From the IMG/VR virus record IMGVR_UViG_3300033485_000002, positions 32,001 through 96,000 of that record: 64,000 bases of DNA. One strand, written 5' to 3'. The notes under the pieces were generated by a model. It did no database searches, was not told where the DNA came from, and was given only the letters and a program-made list of their open reading frames with translations. Shown in pieces: positions 8,418 through 18,026 of this stretch (position 1 is its first letter; the number at the start of each line of letters is the position of its first letter). This DNA is from a virus. A program made the translations under genes and the position numbers.

Positions 8418-9722
8418 ATGCCAGTCGGGTGTACCAACTTCCAAATCAACTCATGGCAGACTGTCGCAGATCACTTCCCAGGTGTTCAACCTCTAGCAAA
8501 CCTTGAAGATAACCAGGAGATCGAGTTCCGGAGCTATCAAGCTCTGGCAGTCGCTTCGGTTATCTTTTCCGGTTTCAGGGGGGTGGTTCGAGCGGCTACC
8601 GGTAGCGGGAAAACTTTAATCGCAGCCGGTATCTGTGGTGCATTTTTGCCAAAGCGTTCACTCGTGATGATCCACGGGAGGGAGTTGCTTCGCCAGAATC
8701 ACGAAGAGTTCGTACGTTACCTTGGTAAAGAAAACGTTGGTGTTATCGATACTTCCAAGTTCAATCCGAAACTGATCACGTTGGCGTCAATCGACACGTT
8801 CGCGTTTTACATGGGTAGCCTTCCGTGTAAGAGTACCGGTGTCCCGATCATGAACCCGACTGCGTTTTACGAGCAGAAGAAGCGTTTCCTCGACTACCTT
8901 CAAAATGACGTTGATATGCTGGTTTTCGATGAAGTTCACCATGGTTCAGCCGATACGTGGCAGGATGTGGGAAAGCAAACTGAAGCGTATTACCGTGTTG
9001 GTCTCTCGGGTACACCGTTGAAGCATGACGAATTGTCCGACATGCTCATGATGAGCCTTGTCGGTCCAGTGGTCTACGACCTTAACGCTTCGTGGCTTCA
9101 GAAGAAGGGTTATCTCGCACAGGCGCGACTCGAAATACGTAAGCTCGATTACACGTCACCAAAAACTCGCGGGTTGAATTACCAGCAAGCTAGAAAAGTT
9201 TTATTGATCAACAATCATCAACGTCATGTTCGTATTGCAAGTGATATTTTAGATGCAATTGAAAATACGAACACTCGACTTCTCGTACTCACGGGGAACT
9301 CAGTCGAGATTGCGGAACAAGTCGCTGCTGAACTCGAAGTCCTGGCCAGACCGTTGACTCGTAAACTGGGGTTCGAACCGTTCACCATGGTTACGGGTCA
9401 GATGCACCCGAAGAAGGTAGCGAAAGCCTTCAGTGACCTCCGTAAGGGAAACATCCGGTGTGTCATCACCACGAAGCTGGCTGATGAAGGCATCGATGTG
9501 CCCGACGTGAATCTCCTTTTCCTTGTCGGTGGTGGGAAGGCATATGTGTCCACCGTCCAGCGTATCGGTCGGGGTCTCCGTAAGAAGGACGGGGAGCGAG
9601 AGCTGTTGGTGGTGGATTACTTTACGTTGGGGAATAAGTACATGGAAAAGCATGATAAGCAACGGCTTAAGACCTACGAAGCGGAGGATTTCTTTTACCA
9701 GATCGACATCATCGATGCCTAA
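8418..9722 (+). CDS. uvsW: Superfamily II helicase core (UvsW-like)
   Basis: Q motif RSYQ, Walker A ATGSGKT, DEVH, LSGTP, EGIDVP and QRIGRGLR. Confidence 0.88.
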   Translation: MPVGCTNFQINSWQTVADHFPGVQPLANLEDNQEIEFRSYQALAVASVIFSGFRGVVRAATGSGKTLIAAGICGAFLPKRSLVMIHGRELLRQNHEEFVRYLGKENVGVIDTSKFNPKLITLASIDTFAFYMGSLPCKSTGVPIMNPTAFYEQKKRFLDYLQNDVDMLVFDEVHHGSADTWQDVGKQTEAYYRVGLSGTPLKHDELSDMLMMSLVGPVVYDLNASWLQKKGYLAQARLEIRKLDYTSPKTRGLNYQQARKVLLINNHQRHVRIASDILDAIENTNTRLLVLTGNSVEIAEQVAAELEVLARPLTRKLGFEPFTMVTGQMHPKKVAKAFSDLRKGNIRCVITTKLADEGIDVPDVNLLFLVGGGKAYVSTVQRIGRGLRKKDGERELLVVDYFTLGNKYMEKHDKQRLKTYEAEDFFYQIDIIDA

Positions 9723-10708
9723 TGTACACCGATGATCTTCCTCCGTACGCAGATAAGGATCCTGATTACGCTGTCCTCAAGGATCCTGATGAGATCGTGG
9801 TGCTCCGCATGCTCAAGACCTACGAGGATCTGATCCTCCGGTACACGAGCAAATCCCCCCTTGTCTACAATAACTTCAATGGCACTGATAACTTCCGTAA
9901 GTCTAGGGCATACAAACCCATGTGCCGTTTGGCGGGGAAAATTCGCACCGCCAAGATAGCGGACCCGGCCCACTTCATTGCGTTCATCTTCGAGCTTTGG
10001 GCGACTCAGCCGAAGCAGCATGAGCGTAAGTTTCAAATGCGGAAGAAAGGGATGGGACAGTTTCAAGGCTCGGGGGTGGACTACCCTTCGCTGAAGTACA
10101 TCGTTGACTGCGGGGATGCGCTGCTGCAAGAGTTTGCCGCCATCACTAACTATAAGCCGACGCACTTCATGCCGAGGGACGACTATGCCAACCGTGACCG
10201 GCAGATGATCCGGAACATGGTGGATCGATGGTGCGAGATGGAGGGTAAGACACCTGCGGACTACTGGACGACGCCTCAGCATCTGCGGGACTTGGAGTGG
10301 AAGTACATCGATTACGCGGACTCGTTGTGGGAGTGTGATGCCCTGATCCAGGAGAAATTCGGATTTAGTGTACAGGAGATGAAGGAGTACCTCATCGAGA
10401 GGGAAAGGGTCACTAGGGAGTACTTCGAAACCCACCCTCCGATCCCGTTCAAGCACATCACCGTGTTGGATTGGGAGGAAGAGAACGAGGTCGATCAGGA
10501 GCGGATCGACCGGTACCAGCAGGCCATCGAACAGGGTATCGACGTTACGACCGAAGAATTTCAGAAAGGCGTAGAAGATACTGTAAACCCCATTGACATA
10601 GATCATCCGGATACGCTCGCTTGGTATTTCTTTGGTATCGGCCAGCCACGTCGTCGGGATGGGGAGGAGATAGACGTTGCCGAAGATTTTGGAACTTCTG
10701 ACGGATGA
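9722..10708 (+). CDS. Hypothetical replication-module protein (possible helicase loader)
   Basis: 328 aa, translationally coupled between two helicase genes. Function inferred from position only. Confidence 0.55.
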   Translation: MYTDDLPPYADKDPDYAVLKDPDEIVVLRMLKTYEDLILRYTSKSPLVYNNFNGTDNFRKSRAYKPMCRLAGKIRTAKIADPAHFIAFIFELWATQPKQHERKFQMRKKGMGQFQGSGVDYPSLKYIVDCGDALLQEFAAITNYKPTHFMPRDDYANRDRQMIRNMVDRWCEMEGKTPADYWTTPQHLRDLEWKYIDYADSLWECDALIQEKFGFSVQEMKEYLIERERVTREYFETHPPIPFKHITVLDWEEENEVDQERIDRYQQAIEQGIDVTTEEFQKGVEDTVNPIDIDHPDTLAWYFFGIGQPRRRDGEEIDVAEDFGTSDG

Positions 10709-12086
10709 CTTTCGATACGATACGTTAGCCTACATCATCAGGGATCAACTTGTTGCGAAGTCACTCATACACGGAATACCCGATGACTTCTACGCTTACA
10801 ACCCACGGTTGAACGCGATCTTCTTAGGGTTCCGGGAGTTTCTGAGTAAGTATGGGTGCCGCCCGAGAGAGCATGAGCTGGAAGATTATCTTCAGGACTA
10901 TGTCCAGAAGAACAAGCTGGATGTCCACCAGCAGCAGGCGTTGTTCTCCCAGTTGCATGATGTTTGGCGGTGGAGCAACTATTCGTCGGATCGAGTAAAA
11001 GAGAAGTTCTCGAAGGCTATCAAGTGGCATAACCTGTTACGTGTCGGCCTCCAGATGCCGGATCTGGCTGATAACGATGACTTCGACAGTTTGTTGAAGG
11101 CGTGGAAGGATGCCGTGTCATTGGGGGTGGAAGACACTCCGGTCACCGAGTACTGGAAAGACATCAGTGACCGTATGGAGCGGCGTAAGAACCAGAAGAA
11201 ACGGTTGATTCCGACAGGATTTACGCCTCTTGATGAGATGGTCAGCGGGGGGCTTCCCCGAGGGGCGCTGGCGTTGTTGCTGGGAGGCACGGGGTTCGGG
11301 AAGAGCGCCTTCCTTTCACAGATCGCGATGCAGGGGTCACGGCAGGGATACCGGACGGCCTTCATTACCCTGGAGTTGGATGCTGATTCGGTGATGGCGA
11401 GGATGGATGCATTCAACACCAACTTGCCGGTGGAGACCTTGCCGCATAAAGGCCCCACATGTGCCAAAAAGCTGTATGAAGTTTTCGAGGGTGACCCAAC
11501 GCAACTCCCGGCTGAGATGTTTGTGAAGTATTACCCCACCAAGAGCATCGACCTGACCCACATCGAGTCTTTCTTGGAGCGGCTCCGGATGGAGCAGGGG
11601 GTCACTCTCGATCTGCTGGTGGTGGATTACTTCGACCTGTTGAAGATGGTCGGCGTGTACAAGGACAAGTGGGCGGCGCTGGAGGAGAACTGCGAGATCC
11701 TGCGAGGCATGGCGGGCAAGTACGACATGGCGATCTGGACCGCAGGGCAGACCCGGCGTGACGGCATCAGCAAGGAGCTGGTCGGGATGGATGACATCTC
11801 GGCCTCGTTCGGCAAGGTGTTCCCGCTGGACCTGATGCTGACCATGAGCCAGACCCCGGAGGAGCGGATCAAGAAGGCGATGCGGGTGCGAGCGGCCAAG
11901 AACCGTTTCGGCCCCACGGACGGCATCATGTTCGTTGAGCATGACTTTACCAGGATGCGCTTTACCGCCTTCTCAGAGGATGAGGCGAAGAAGAAGGGTC
12001 TCTACACTCCCAAGGGGAAGAAGAAGCGCAATGCTAGCGCCTCTACAGGGACGCTGTACCAGGGCTTTGGCACCCAGGGGCCATGA
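10677..12086 (+). CDS. dnaB: Replicative DnaB/gp41-like helicase
   Basis: IPTGF..LD, GGTGFGKS, ITLE, VVDYFD, WTAGQTRR and KNRFG. Confidence 0.88.
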   Translation: MPKILELLTDDFRYDTLAYIIRDQLVAKSLIHGIPDDFYAYNPRLNAIFLGFREFLSKYGCRPREHELEDYLQDYVQKNKLDVHQQQALFSQLHDVWRWSNYSSDRVKEKFSKAIKWHNLLRVGLQMPDLADNDDFDSLLKAWKDAVSLGVEDTPVTEYWKDISDRMERRKNQKKRLIPTGFTPLDEMVSGGLPRGALALLLGGTGFGKSAFLSQIAMQGSRQGYRTAFITLELDADSVMARMDAFNTNLPVETLPHKGPTCAKKLYEVFEGDPTQLPAEMFVKYYPTKSIDLTHIESFLERLRMEQGVTLDLLVVDYFDLLKMVGVYKDKWAALEENCEILRGMAGKYDMAIWTAGQTRRDGISKELVGMDDISASFGKVFPLDLMLTMSQTPEERIKKAMRVRAAKNRFGPTDGIMFVEHDFTRMRFTAFSEDEAKKKGLYTPKGKKKRNASASTGTLYQGFGTQGP

Positions 12087-13129
12087 TGGGTAGGGCCATC
12101 CGTCCAAACGTGCTGGAGAGGCTCCTGGACAAGGTGTGGCCCGATCACAGGGTGGAGAAGGATGGCACCGAGCACATGGTCGAGTGCCCCTTCTGTGACA
12201 CGGATAAAGCCAAGTGCGCTGTGAACCCCGGAAAGGGCGTGTTCCAGTGCTGGGTGTGTACGGAGAAGGGACCGGTTCAGAAGCTGCTGTTCCATCTCCG
12301 TGACCTGAAGATCATCACCCAAGCGGACATAGATGCCGTGATGGTGGGCAAGGGTATCCCGGCACTTTCTGACGCCATCCAGGTATTGAAGCCAAAAGCA
12401 GCTAAGAAGAAAGAGCAGTATTGGAGTAACATCATCCCCTGCGTGTACCCGCCCCACACCCAGGAGCTGATGACTATGATGGCGCATAACACCCTGGAGG
12501 GTAGACTCCGTAGGGCAGCCATCGAGTACCTGAACAATCGAGGGGTAACGGACGAAAATATCAAGGAGTTCCGGCTGGCTCTCTGCACTGAGCTGGGGTC
12601 ACCGTACTATGGGCACATATTCTTCCCGGCATTGGGGAAGTGGGGTAGGCAGCTTACCTTCTGGACCACGAGGAGCATCCTTCCGAACCCGGAGCCGAAA
12701 AGCCTTCATGCAAGTGGCAAGTACTCGCGGTTTTCGGCGAAGCAGATCCTAATGAACGAGCATTTGGTTGTAGGTACAACGGTGGTTCTATGTGAAGGCC
12801 CGTTTGATGCTATCAGCATTATGAATGCCACCGGTTATCCTGCATGCCCGCTTCTGGGGAAGATCTTTCACGAGTATCAGTTCAACCTGTTGAAGGACGA
12901 GAAGAAGATCGAGCGGGTGTACGTTTGTTTGGACCCGGATGCCAGGGAATTCCAGGATAATATCACGCATAAGTTCACTAAACCGATCAAGACGTACGTG
13001 GTGTTGTTGGAAGGTGGAGACCCGAACGAGGTATCCCCGGAGACGTTGAGAGCCGCCTTTCAAGCGGCGGCTCCCTCAGCGAATGATCAGGTCTATCGTC
13101 AGTTTTCGAAGCTTCGTGAACGGGTTTAG
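12083..13129 (+). CDS. dnaG: DNA primase (zinc finger plus TOPRIM)
   Basis: CPFC...CWVC zinc finger, EYLNNRG, CEGPFDA, LDPD and DPNE. Confidence 0.88.
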   Translation: MMGRAIRPNVLERLLDKVWPDHRVEKDGTEHMVECPFCDTDKAKCAVNPGKGVFQCWVCTEKGPVQKLLFHLRDLKIITQADIDAVMVGKGIPALSDAIQVLKPKAAKKKEQYWSNIIPCVYPPHTQELMTMMAHNTLEGRLRRAAIEYLNNRGVTDENIKEFRLALCTELGSPYYGHIFFPALGKWGRQLTFWTTRSILPNPEPKSLHASGKYSRFSAKQILMNEHLVVGTTVVLCEGPFDAISIMNATGYPACPLLGKIFHEYQFNLLKDEKKIERVYVCLDPDAREFQDNITHKFTKPIKTYVVLLEGGDPNEVSPETLRAAFQAAAPSANDQVYRQFSKLRERV

Positions 13130-14586
13130 ACGTTAATGCCGCCCTTGAGCGCTGCTTGAGCGAGCTTTCGCTCTCTGGCTTTTTTGATCGCTTGGCTGGC
13201 TTTGTTGATTCCTTTGTCTGCGGCAGTCCAGGCTGCGGTATCGATGACTGTGCTGCGGACAAAAGGACTGCGGACGAACTTGCTGGCAGCGGCAATAACC
13301 GGGCGTCCGAATCGGGCAAGAATCCCTACTGCGGGTCCGATCTCGGTAAGGTTGGCCCTACGCTCGAAGGCAGAGGCATGCATGCGCCTCTTTCTGGTGA
13401 GGGCATTGACACCGGCATTGAGTGCCATACTTGTCCCGACTTCCTTAGCAACAGTTCGCACGATGGGTTTTGCTGCGAATCTGGTAGCAGCAGCGCGAAG
13501 TCCAGCTCCCAGGGCGACACGACCAGCAGCAGCAACAACTGGAGCGGCTACTAGGGGGTTTTCGGTGATGTCATCGGTGGCATCGATGTCGGCCATCAGT
13601 CCCATGCCTTGTGCTGCCCTTTTTGCCCCACTCCTACCCATGATGATCGGATTCCCTGTTGCTGCCCCTAAAGCCATCCGGATTTTACCCGCTTCATAGA
13701 TTCGGGCAGCGGCATTGATCACTGGATCCTCGATGTCATCACCAACAACGGTTTTTTTGGTGTTGGTCTTAGTCTTCTGGTTTAGCTTGATGGGACCGGC
13801 AGCTTTTGCGTTTTGCGTTCGGATTTTCCCCCCATCCTGACTCAGCATGAGAGCGGTGTGGGCCGTGTGTTGAGGGTGGAGTTTGGTATAGGCAGACCCA
13901 GCTTGGGGTTTCGCTTTTGCAGCTTCCATGATGTCCTCGTGAGTGGGCTTAGGTTTATGCGGTGTCTTAGCCCGGAAATGCCCGGTGCCAAGCTCTTGCT
14001 CCTGACCGAGTTGCTTTAACTTGGCGGCATATTCGGGGTCACGGCGAATCTTGGCTCGCATGGTCAGTTCGTGGGAGCCAACGTCAACGGCGGTTCTCTG
14101 GGCAGTCTGTGAGAGTGTTTCACCTGTCCATCTAAGTAAAGGGTGCCGAGAGAGCAGTCGCTTGGTTGCCCCTTTCAGGACACGGTATTTATGCCCACCG
14201 GGGAGGCTTTTGGCCCCAACACGGATATGTTGCAAAGCTCGCTTGGGCCACTTTTTCCATCGTTTGATCACGCCCGACCTGAGCATGACATCTTTCGGCC
14301 CCATCGGCCTTTCGTCTTCCTCAACTCGCCTACGATAAATCAAGGGAGCTTCCTCTTTAAAGCGCTTTTTGGCATAGCGCTTTTCCCGCCAGTCTACGTA
14401 CTTGTTGACACCCTTTTGACGGGTGTCTTCACCTTTTTGGATACCGATCATTTGGGCGGCTTGGACCGCAACACCCCCTGGATACGTGTTTTTGAAGGCT
14501 TCGGCTTGCCGTCTGAAGCCCCAATATAGCCCGTATGAGTCAGGTGTTTCGGAACCTTGGTGTTTTGGGCGTCCAGATGCAGGCAT
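13126..14586 (-). CDS. Basic Ala/Lys/Arg-rich modular protein, possible internal virion protein
   Basis: 486 aa ORF with AGGAG RBS on the minus strand; the only large minus-strand gene I accept. Confidence 0.7.
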   Translation of the reverse strand: MPASGRPKHQGSETPDSYGLYWGFRRQAEAFKNTYPGGVAVQAAQMIGIQKGEDTRQKGVNKYVDWREKRYAKKRFKEEAPLIYRRRVEEDERPMGPKDVMLRSGVIKRWKKWPKRALQHIRVGAKSLPGGHKYRVLKGATKRLLSRHPLLRWTGETLSQTAQRTAVDVGSHELTMRAKIRRDPEYAAKLKQLGQEQELGTGHFRAKTPHKPKPTHEDIMEAAKAKPQAGSAYTKLHPQHTAHTALMLSQDGGKIRTQNAKAAGPIKLNQKTKTNTKKTVVGDDIEDPVINAAARIYEAGKIRMALGAATGNPIIMGRSGAKRAAQGMGLMADIDATDDITENPLVAAPVVAAAGRVALGAGLRAAATRFAAKPIVRTVAKEVGTSMALNAGVNALTRKRRMHASAFERRANLTEIGPAVGILARFGRPVIAAASKFVRSPFVRSTVIDTAAWTAADKGINKASQAIKKARERKLAQAALKGGINV

Positions 14587-14631
14587 ATCTGTCTCCTATC
14601 ACGTGTAATAAAGCGATTTTACCAATTGGGC

Positions 14632-14800
14632 TTCCGGGAGAGGTTTTTTGCGTCATACCGGAGCTGATTCTGGGAGTCCCAGAACCCGTTCTGGGACAGT
14701 TAAGTGCTTGAAAACACATCGTTTCTGGGAATCTAGGAGCCATTATTTTGAAAAGCGTTTTAGGGGGGGTCGGGGCGGGGGGGTCGGGTAGGGTTGGGCA
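14632..14800. repeat. TTCTGGGA repeats, IHF-like site and G-run tract (putative packaging/terminus region)
   Basis: TTCTGGGA at 14668, 14689 and 14723, inverted copy at 14677, variant at 14632; TAAGTGCTTGAAA at 14701; G-tracts at 14763-14798. Confidence 0.45.
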
Positions 14801-15072
14801 CTCGCGGAGAATCATTCAACACGCCTGAAAAGCCTATCGTGGCTTATGCTTTCTCAGGACGGGCGAGATGGTAGAGAATGGGCATAGGCACGGGAGCGCC
14901 CGCTCCCGCGTGTCAGAGAGATCCTCGGCTCTCTCTGCGTCTCTGCGTCGCATTTCCCCCGACTGCCACAACTGTGGGTGGTTCTGCTCCAAGCGCCGGG
15001 AATTCACTCCGGCCTGGGGGTGGGGTACGCCCACGCAACCGGCAACCTCGTTGCCAGAAGGAAAGGTCCGCT

Positions 15073-15495
15073 ATGACCAAGCGCCAGTCGTCCAAGTCCA
15101 CGAAGTCCAACGCGAACACCGCCGACCCCATCGTCCCGATCTACATGTACGTGACCCTGCTCGTGCTCACCCAGGGTGGTGAGTGGAAGCGGCACCAGGA
15201 CACCGTCAGCGACCTCAAGGCGATCCGCAACGCCTACCTGCCCACCGACCGCATCGACTGCTCGAAGGTGAAGGCGATGCTCGACGAGTCGCCCGGTGTG
15301 AAGATCGAGATGCCGCTGTCCCGTGAGGGTGTGGCCAACCTCGTCGCGAAGCTCGACGCCGTCCCGGTCACGTCGCTCGACGAGGCGGCGCGGCTGCTCA
15401 AGGCCAAGGCCCGCATCGAGCGGATGGTGGCCTACAAGTCGGCGGTGCCCGCCGTGTCGAAGGTCGTGCTCCGTGCCGGTTACGCCATCAAGTAG
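15073..15495 (+). CDS. Hypothetical early protein
   Basis: GAAAGG RBS and strong GC3 codon bias. Confidence 0.75.
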   Translation: MTKRQSSKSTKSNANTADPIVPIYMYVTLLVLTQGGEWKRHQDTVSDLKAIRNAYLPTDRIDCSKVKAMLDESPGVKIEMPLSREGVANLVAKLDAVPVTSLDEAARLLKAKARIERMVAYKSAVPAVSKVVLRAGYAIK

Positions 15496-15603
15496 ATACT
15501 CTCGAACCCCCCGCCGAGGGGGGGTTCTTCGAAGCCACTCAGCCCTGGGGTGGTTTCGGAGAACCCGCAACATCAACGCTCGGCTCAACGAAAGGGGTTG
15601 CCT

Positions 15604-15975
15604 GTGGCACAGAAATTCTATCAACGCATCGACTGGAACGGCGGAGGCGTGACGCACGTCTTCAAGCTGTTCCTCTGGACCATCGCCTTCGGGTGGTTCG
15701 GCAACTGCACCCCCCGGACGCTTCAATTCCAGCGCACGGGTCGCGTCCTGGAGATCGCCTACGTTCACAAGAACCTGCGGGACACCGTGCTGTGGTTCAA
15801 CCTCGGTCGGCACCGGTACGACGAGAATGGTAGGCGGCTCACGTACCGGTTCGCCTGGAACTCGGAGTGGATCGCCGGTCGGTGGGGGAAGTCTCTCGAA
15901 GATGAGGGGCCGTGCCCTCGTCACCCTGACGCCGTCATCTACGATGGGTGGCTCGGCTACCACCTGTGGGTTTGA
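15604..15975 (+). CDS. Hypothetical Trp-rich early protein
   Basis: GAAAGGGG RBS with GTG start. Confidence 0.65.
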   Translation: MAQKFYQRIDWNGGGVTHVFKLFLWTIAFGWFGNCTPRTLQFQRTGRVLEIAYVHKNLRDTVLWFNLGRHRYDENGRRLTYRFAWNSEWIAGRWGKSLEDEGPCPRHPDAVIYDGWLGYHLWV

Positions 15976-15976
15976 A

Positions 15977-16037
15977 GGCGAAACGGGGCGAAAGCCCCGT
16001 TGTACCGGGTGGTTCCCGGTACCTGATGAGCCAGCCG
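15977..16037 (+). ncRNA. Hammerhead ribozyme, type II topology
   Basis: GGC-GAAAC-GGGGC gaaa GCCCC-GUU(cleavage after 16001)-GUACCGGG ugguu CCCGGUAC-CUGAUGA-GCC. The catalytic core is complete, and loop I can pair with the 3' AGCCG. Confidence 0.88.
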
Positions 16038-16067
16038 CTCGACTTCGTCTTTGAAAGGGGTATGCCT

Positions 16068-16454
16068 ATGTCCGTTCCAGGGTATCCGGTCGTGTACTCG
16101 ACCGAAGAGGACAGCGACAAGGGCGTCAAAGTCCATTGCGCTGTCTGCGGTCGAGACTACAAGGGGGATTCCCCCCACCAAGCGTACGGTTGCGCGTCGT
16201 CCATCGACAACGGTCAGATCTCCGGGGGCTACGGTTCCGTCGTCGCCGATTTCACCATCTTCAATATCGTGCAGGACTTCGGAGTCACCCAAGGCGACAT
16301 CTGCGACGAGTGCATCCTCAACCTCTTCGACGCGGGCAAGATCATCCACGTCAAGAACGAGTTGCCCGAGGACAGCGAGCGCCCGTTCAACTCGAAGTAC
16401 TATCGCCAGTATCTCGACAGCGTCAAGCACGAGATCGAGTTCTACGGGAACTAG
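16068..16454 (+). CDS. Hypothetical protein with CxxC pairs
   Basis: GAAAGGGG RBS; CAVC...CDEC. Confidence 0.7.
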   Translation: MSVPGYPVVYSTEEDSDKGVKVHCAVCGRDYKGDSPHQAYGCASSIDNGQISGGYGSVVADFTIFNIVQDFGVTQGDICDECILNLFDAGKIIHVKNELPEDSERPFNSKYYRQYLDSVKHEIEFYGN

Positions 16455-16465
16455 GGAGCTGCATC

Positions 16466-16750
16466 ATGGCACTCCCTCTGACCGAGGAACTTGGTGACCT
16501 GAAGCTGCGCGAGTTGTACGAGGCGCTGAAAGCGCTCGTGTATCGCGACGAGTACTGCACCGACAACGAGCATGGTATCGCGAACTACGTCCTCGAACAC
16601 GGCCCGACGCGCATCCACCTGTACCGCTACTTGGGGGGCGTGACCTTCGTCCTCACCTTGACGTACACCCCGATCGGCGGGCCGCAGCGCGTCTTAGAAT
16701 TCGTTGACCAAGTGGAGGACGGCCAGTTCTTCATGCTCACTTCGCTGTAA
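16466..16750 (+). CDS. Hypothetical protein
   Basis: GGGAG RBS and codon bias. Confidence 0.65.
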   Translation: MALPLTEELGDLKLRELYEALKALVYRDEYCTDNEHGIANYVLEHGPTRIHLYRYLGGVTFVLTLTYTPIGGPQRVLEFVDQVEDGQFFMLTSL

Positions 16751-16824
16751 ACCCTCGATAGCGTCGAGTACCGCGTATCTTGTTGATCTATCAGCAGTTT
16801 CCAACTCAGGAAAGGGGACATACT

Positions 16825-17634
16825 GTGTCCAATCTGACTCCCAGTCGCATCGCCTGCTTCGACCGCTTCGCGGAGCGAGTCGAAGACTTCCTCAACGCGA
16901 ACTCCAAGCCCTCGAAGAACGGTCACCGCTCCCTCATCGCGGCGATCTTCGAGGTCATCGTGACCATCTGCTTCCGACCCACCGCCCTCGCGCCGGTCAT
17001 GCACAACGGCGTGTCGCTCCAGGCCACGGGCATGACCAAGCGGCGCTTCCAGCTCCGCGCCCCCAAGACGCTGCCGAACGGCAAGCCCAACCCGAAGGCC
17101 GACATGCTGATCTTCGATCGGGCGACCGGCAACCCGGTGTACTCGAAGGCCCACGCCCAGATGTACACCGCCAAGGCGTTCCGGGAGTGGCGGGCAACGC
17201 AGACTGGTCTCAAGACCCCCGAGACCGTGTACGTCGTCAACTGGGACAAGGTCTCCCAGGCCAAGCAGCAGGGTCTCGCCAAGTCCTTCCCGCCCAAGCG
17301 CGACGGCAAGCCCGAGTTCGTGCCCCAGGTCGTCGGCATCCTGCTCCGGAAGGGCAACAAGCCCGCCAAGGGCGAGAAGCGCCACTCGTGGCAGCGGCTC
17401 ATGCTCGTCGTGGTCGGCAAGTACGGCGAGTTCGGCACCTGCGTGATCCCGAACGCCGCCGTCTGGCAGTCGGGCTGCGTCAAGGCGCTGGGTGAGGCGA
17501 TCGGTTGCCCCGAGGCCGACATCCCGGTCTGGGACGACGAGAACGAGGCCCAGTTCGCCGCCCAGTTCTCCAAGGCCGCCAACGCGGTGATGGAGGCGCA
17601 GCGGCACGGCATCGACCTCGACTTCGACTTCTAG
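16825..17634 (+). CDS. Hypothetical early protein, basic with acidic-aromatic tail (IDLDFDF)
   Basis: GAAAGGGG RBS, GTG start, very strong GC3 bias. Confidence 0.8.
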   Translation: MSNLTPSRIACFDRFAERVEDFLNANSKPSKNGHRSLIAAIFEVIVTICFRPTALAPVMHNGVSLQATGMTKRRFQLRAPKTLPNGKPNPKADMLIFDRATGNPVYSKAHAQMYTAKAFREWRATQTGLKTPETVYVVNWDKVSQAKQQGLAKSFPPKRDGKPEFVPQVVGILLRKGNKPAKGEKRHSWQRLMLVVVGKYGEFGTCVIPNAAVWQSGCVKALGEAIGCPEADIPVWDDENEAQFAAQFSKAANAVMEAQRHGIDLDFDF

Positions 17635-17721
17635 TCGAGCTAACGAGGGGGCCTCGTGGCCCCCTCACTTTTTCGAAAGCTCTTGGCAATGGAGCCGAGC
17701 GCTTTCGAGAAAGGGGATCTT

Positions 17722-18024
17722 ATGGCCTTGACCAAGGACTTCGACAACGTGCCCAGGAAGTTCTTCGGGGGGAGCCGCACCCCGAAGGCGGTCAGTGTGG
17801 ACCTCTGTGTCCACCCCGAGGACCGCAACCGCCCGCTCCAGGTCAGCAGCATTCTCTGCCGCACCTACAAGGGGCGGGTCACCAAGGACGAGCTGCGACG
17901 GATCAAGTTCGCCCTGGACGAGGTCCAGGCGGTGCTCGTCATGAACAAGCTTCAGGGCCAGAGGCTGACCGCTATGGCGTGGTTCCCCCGCTACGGGTGG
18001 CACGTCGTGGCGAGGAAGGACTAG
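17722..18024 (+). CDS. Hypothetical protein
   Basis: GAAAGGGG RBS. Confidence 0.65.
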   Translation: MALTKDFDNVPRKFFGGSRTPKAVSVDLCVHPEDRNRPLQVSSILCRTYKGRVTKDELRRIKFALDEVQAVLVMNKLQGQRLTAMAWFPRYGWHVVARKD

Positions 18025-18026
18025 CC

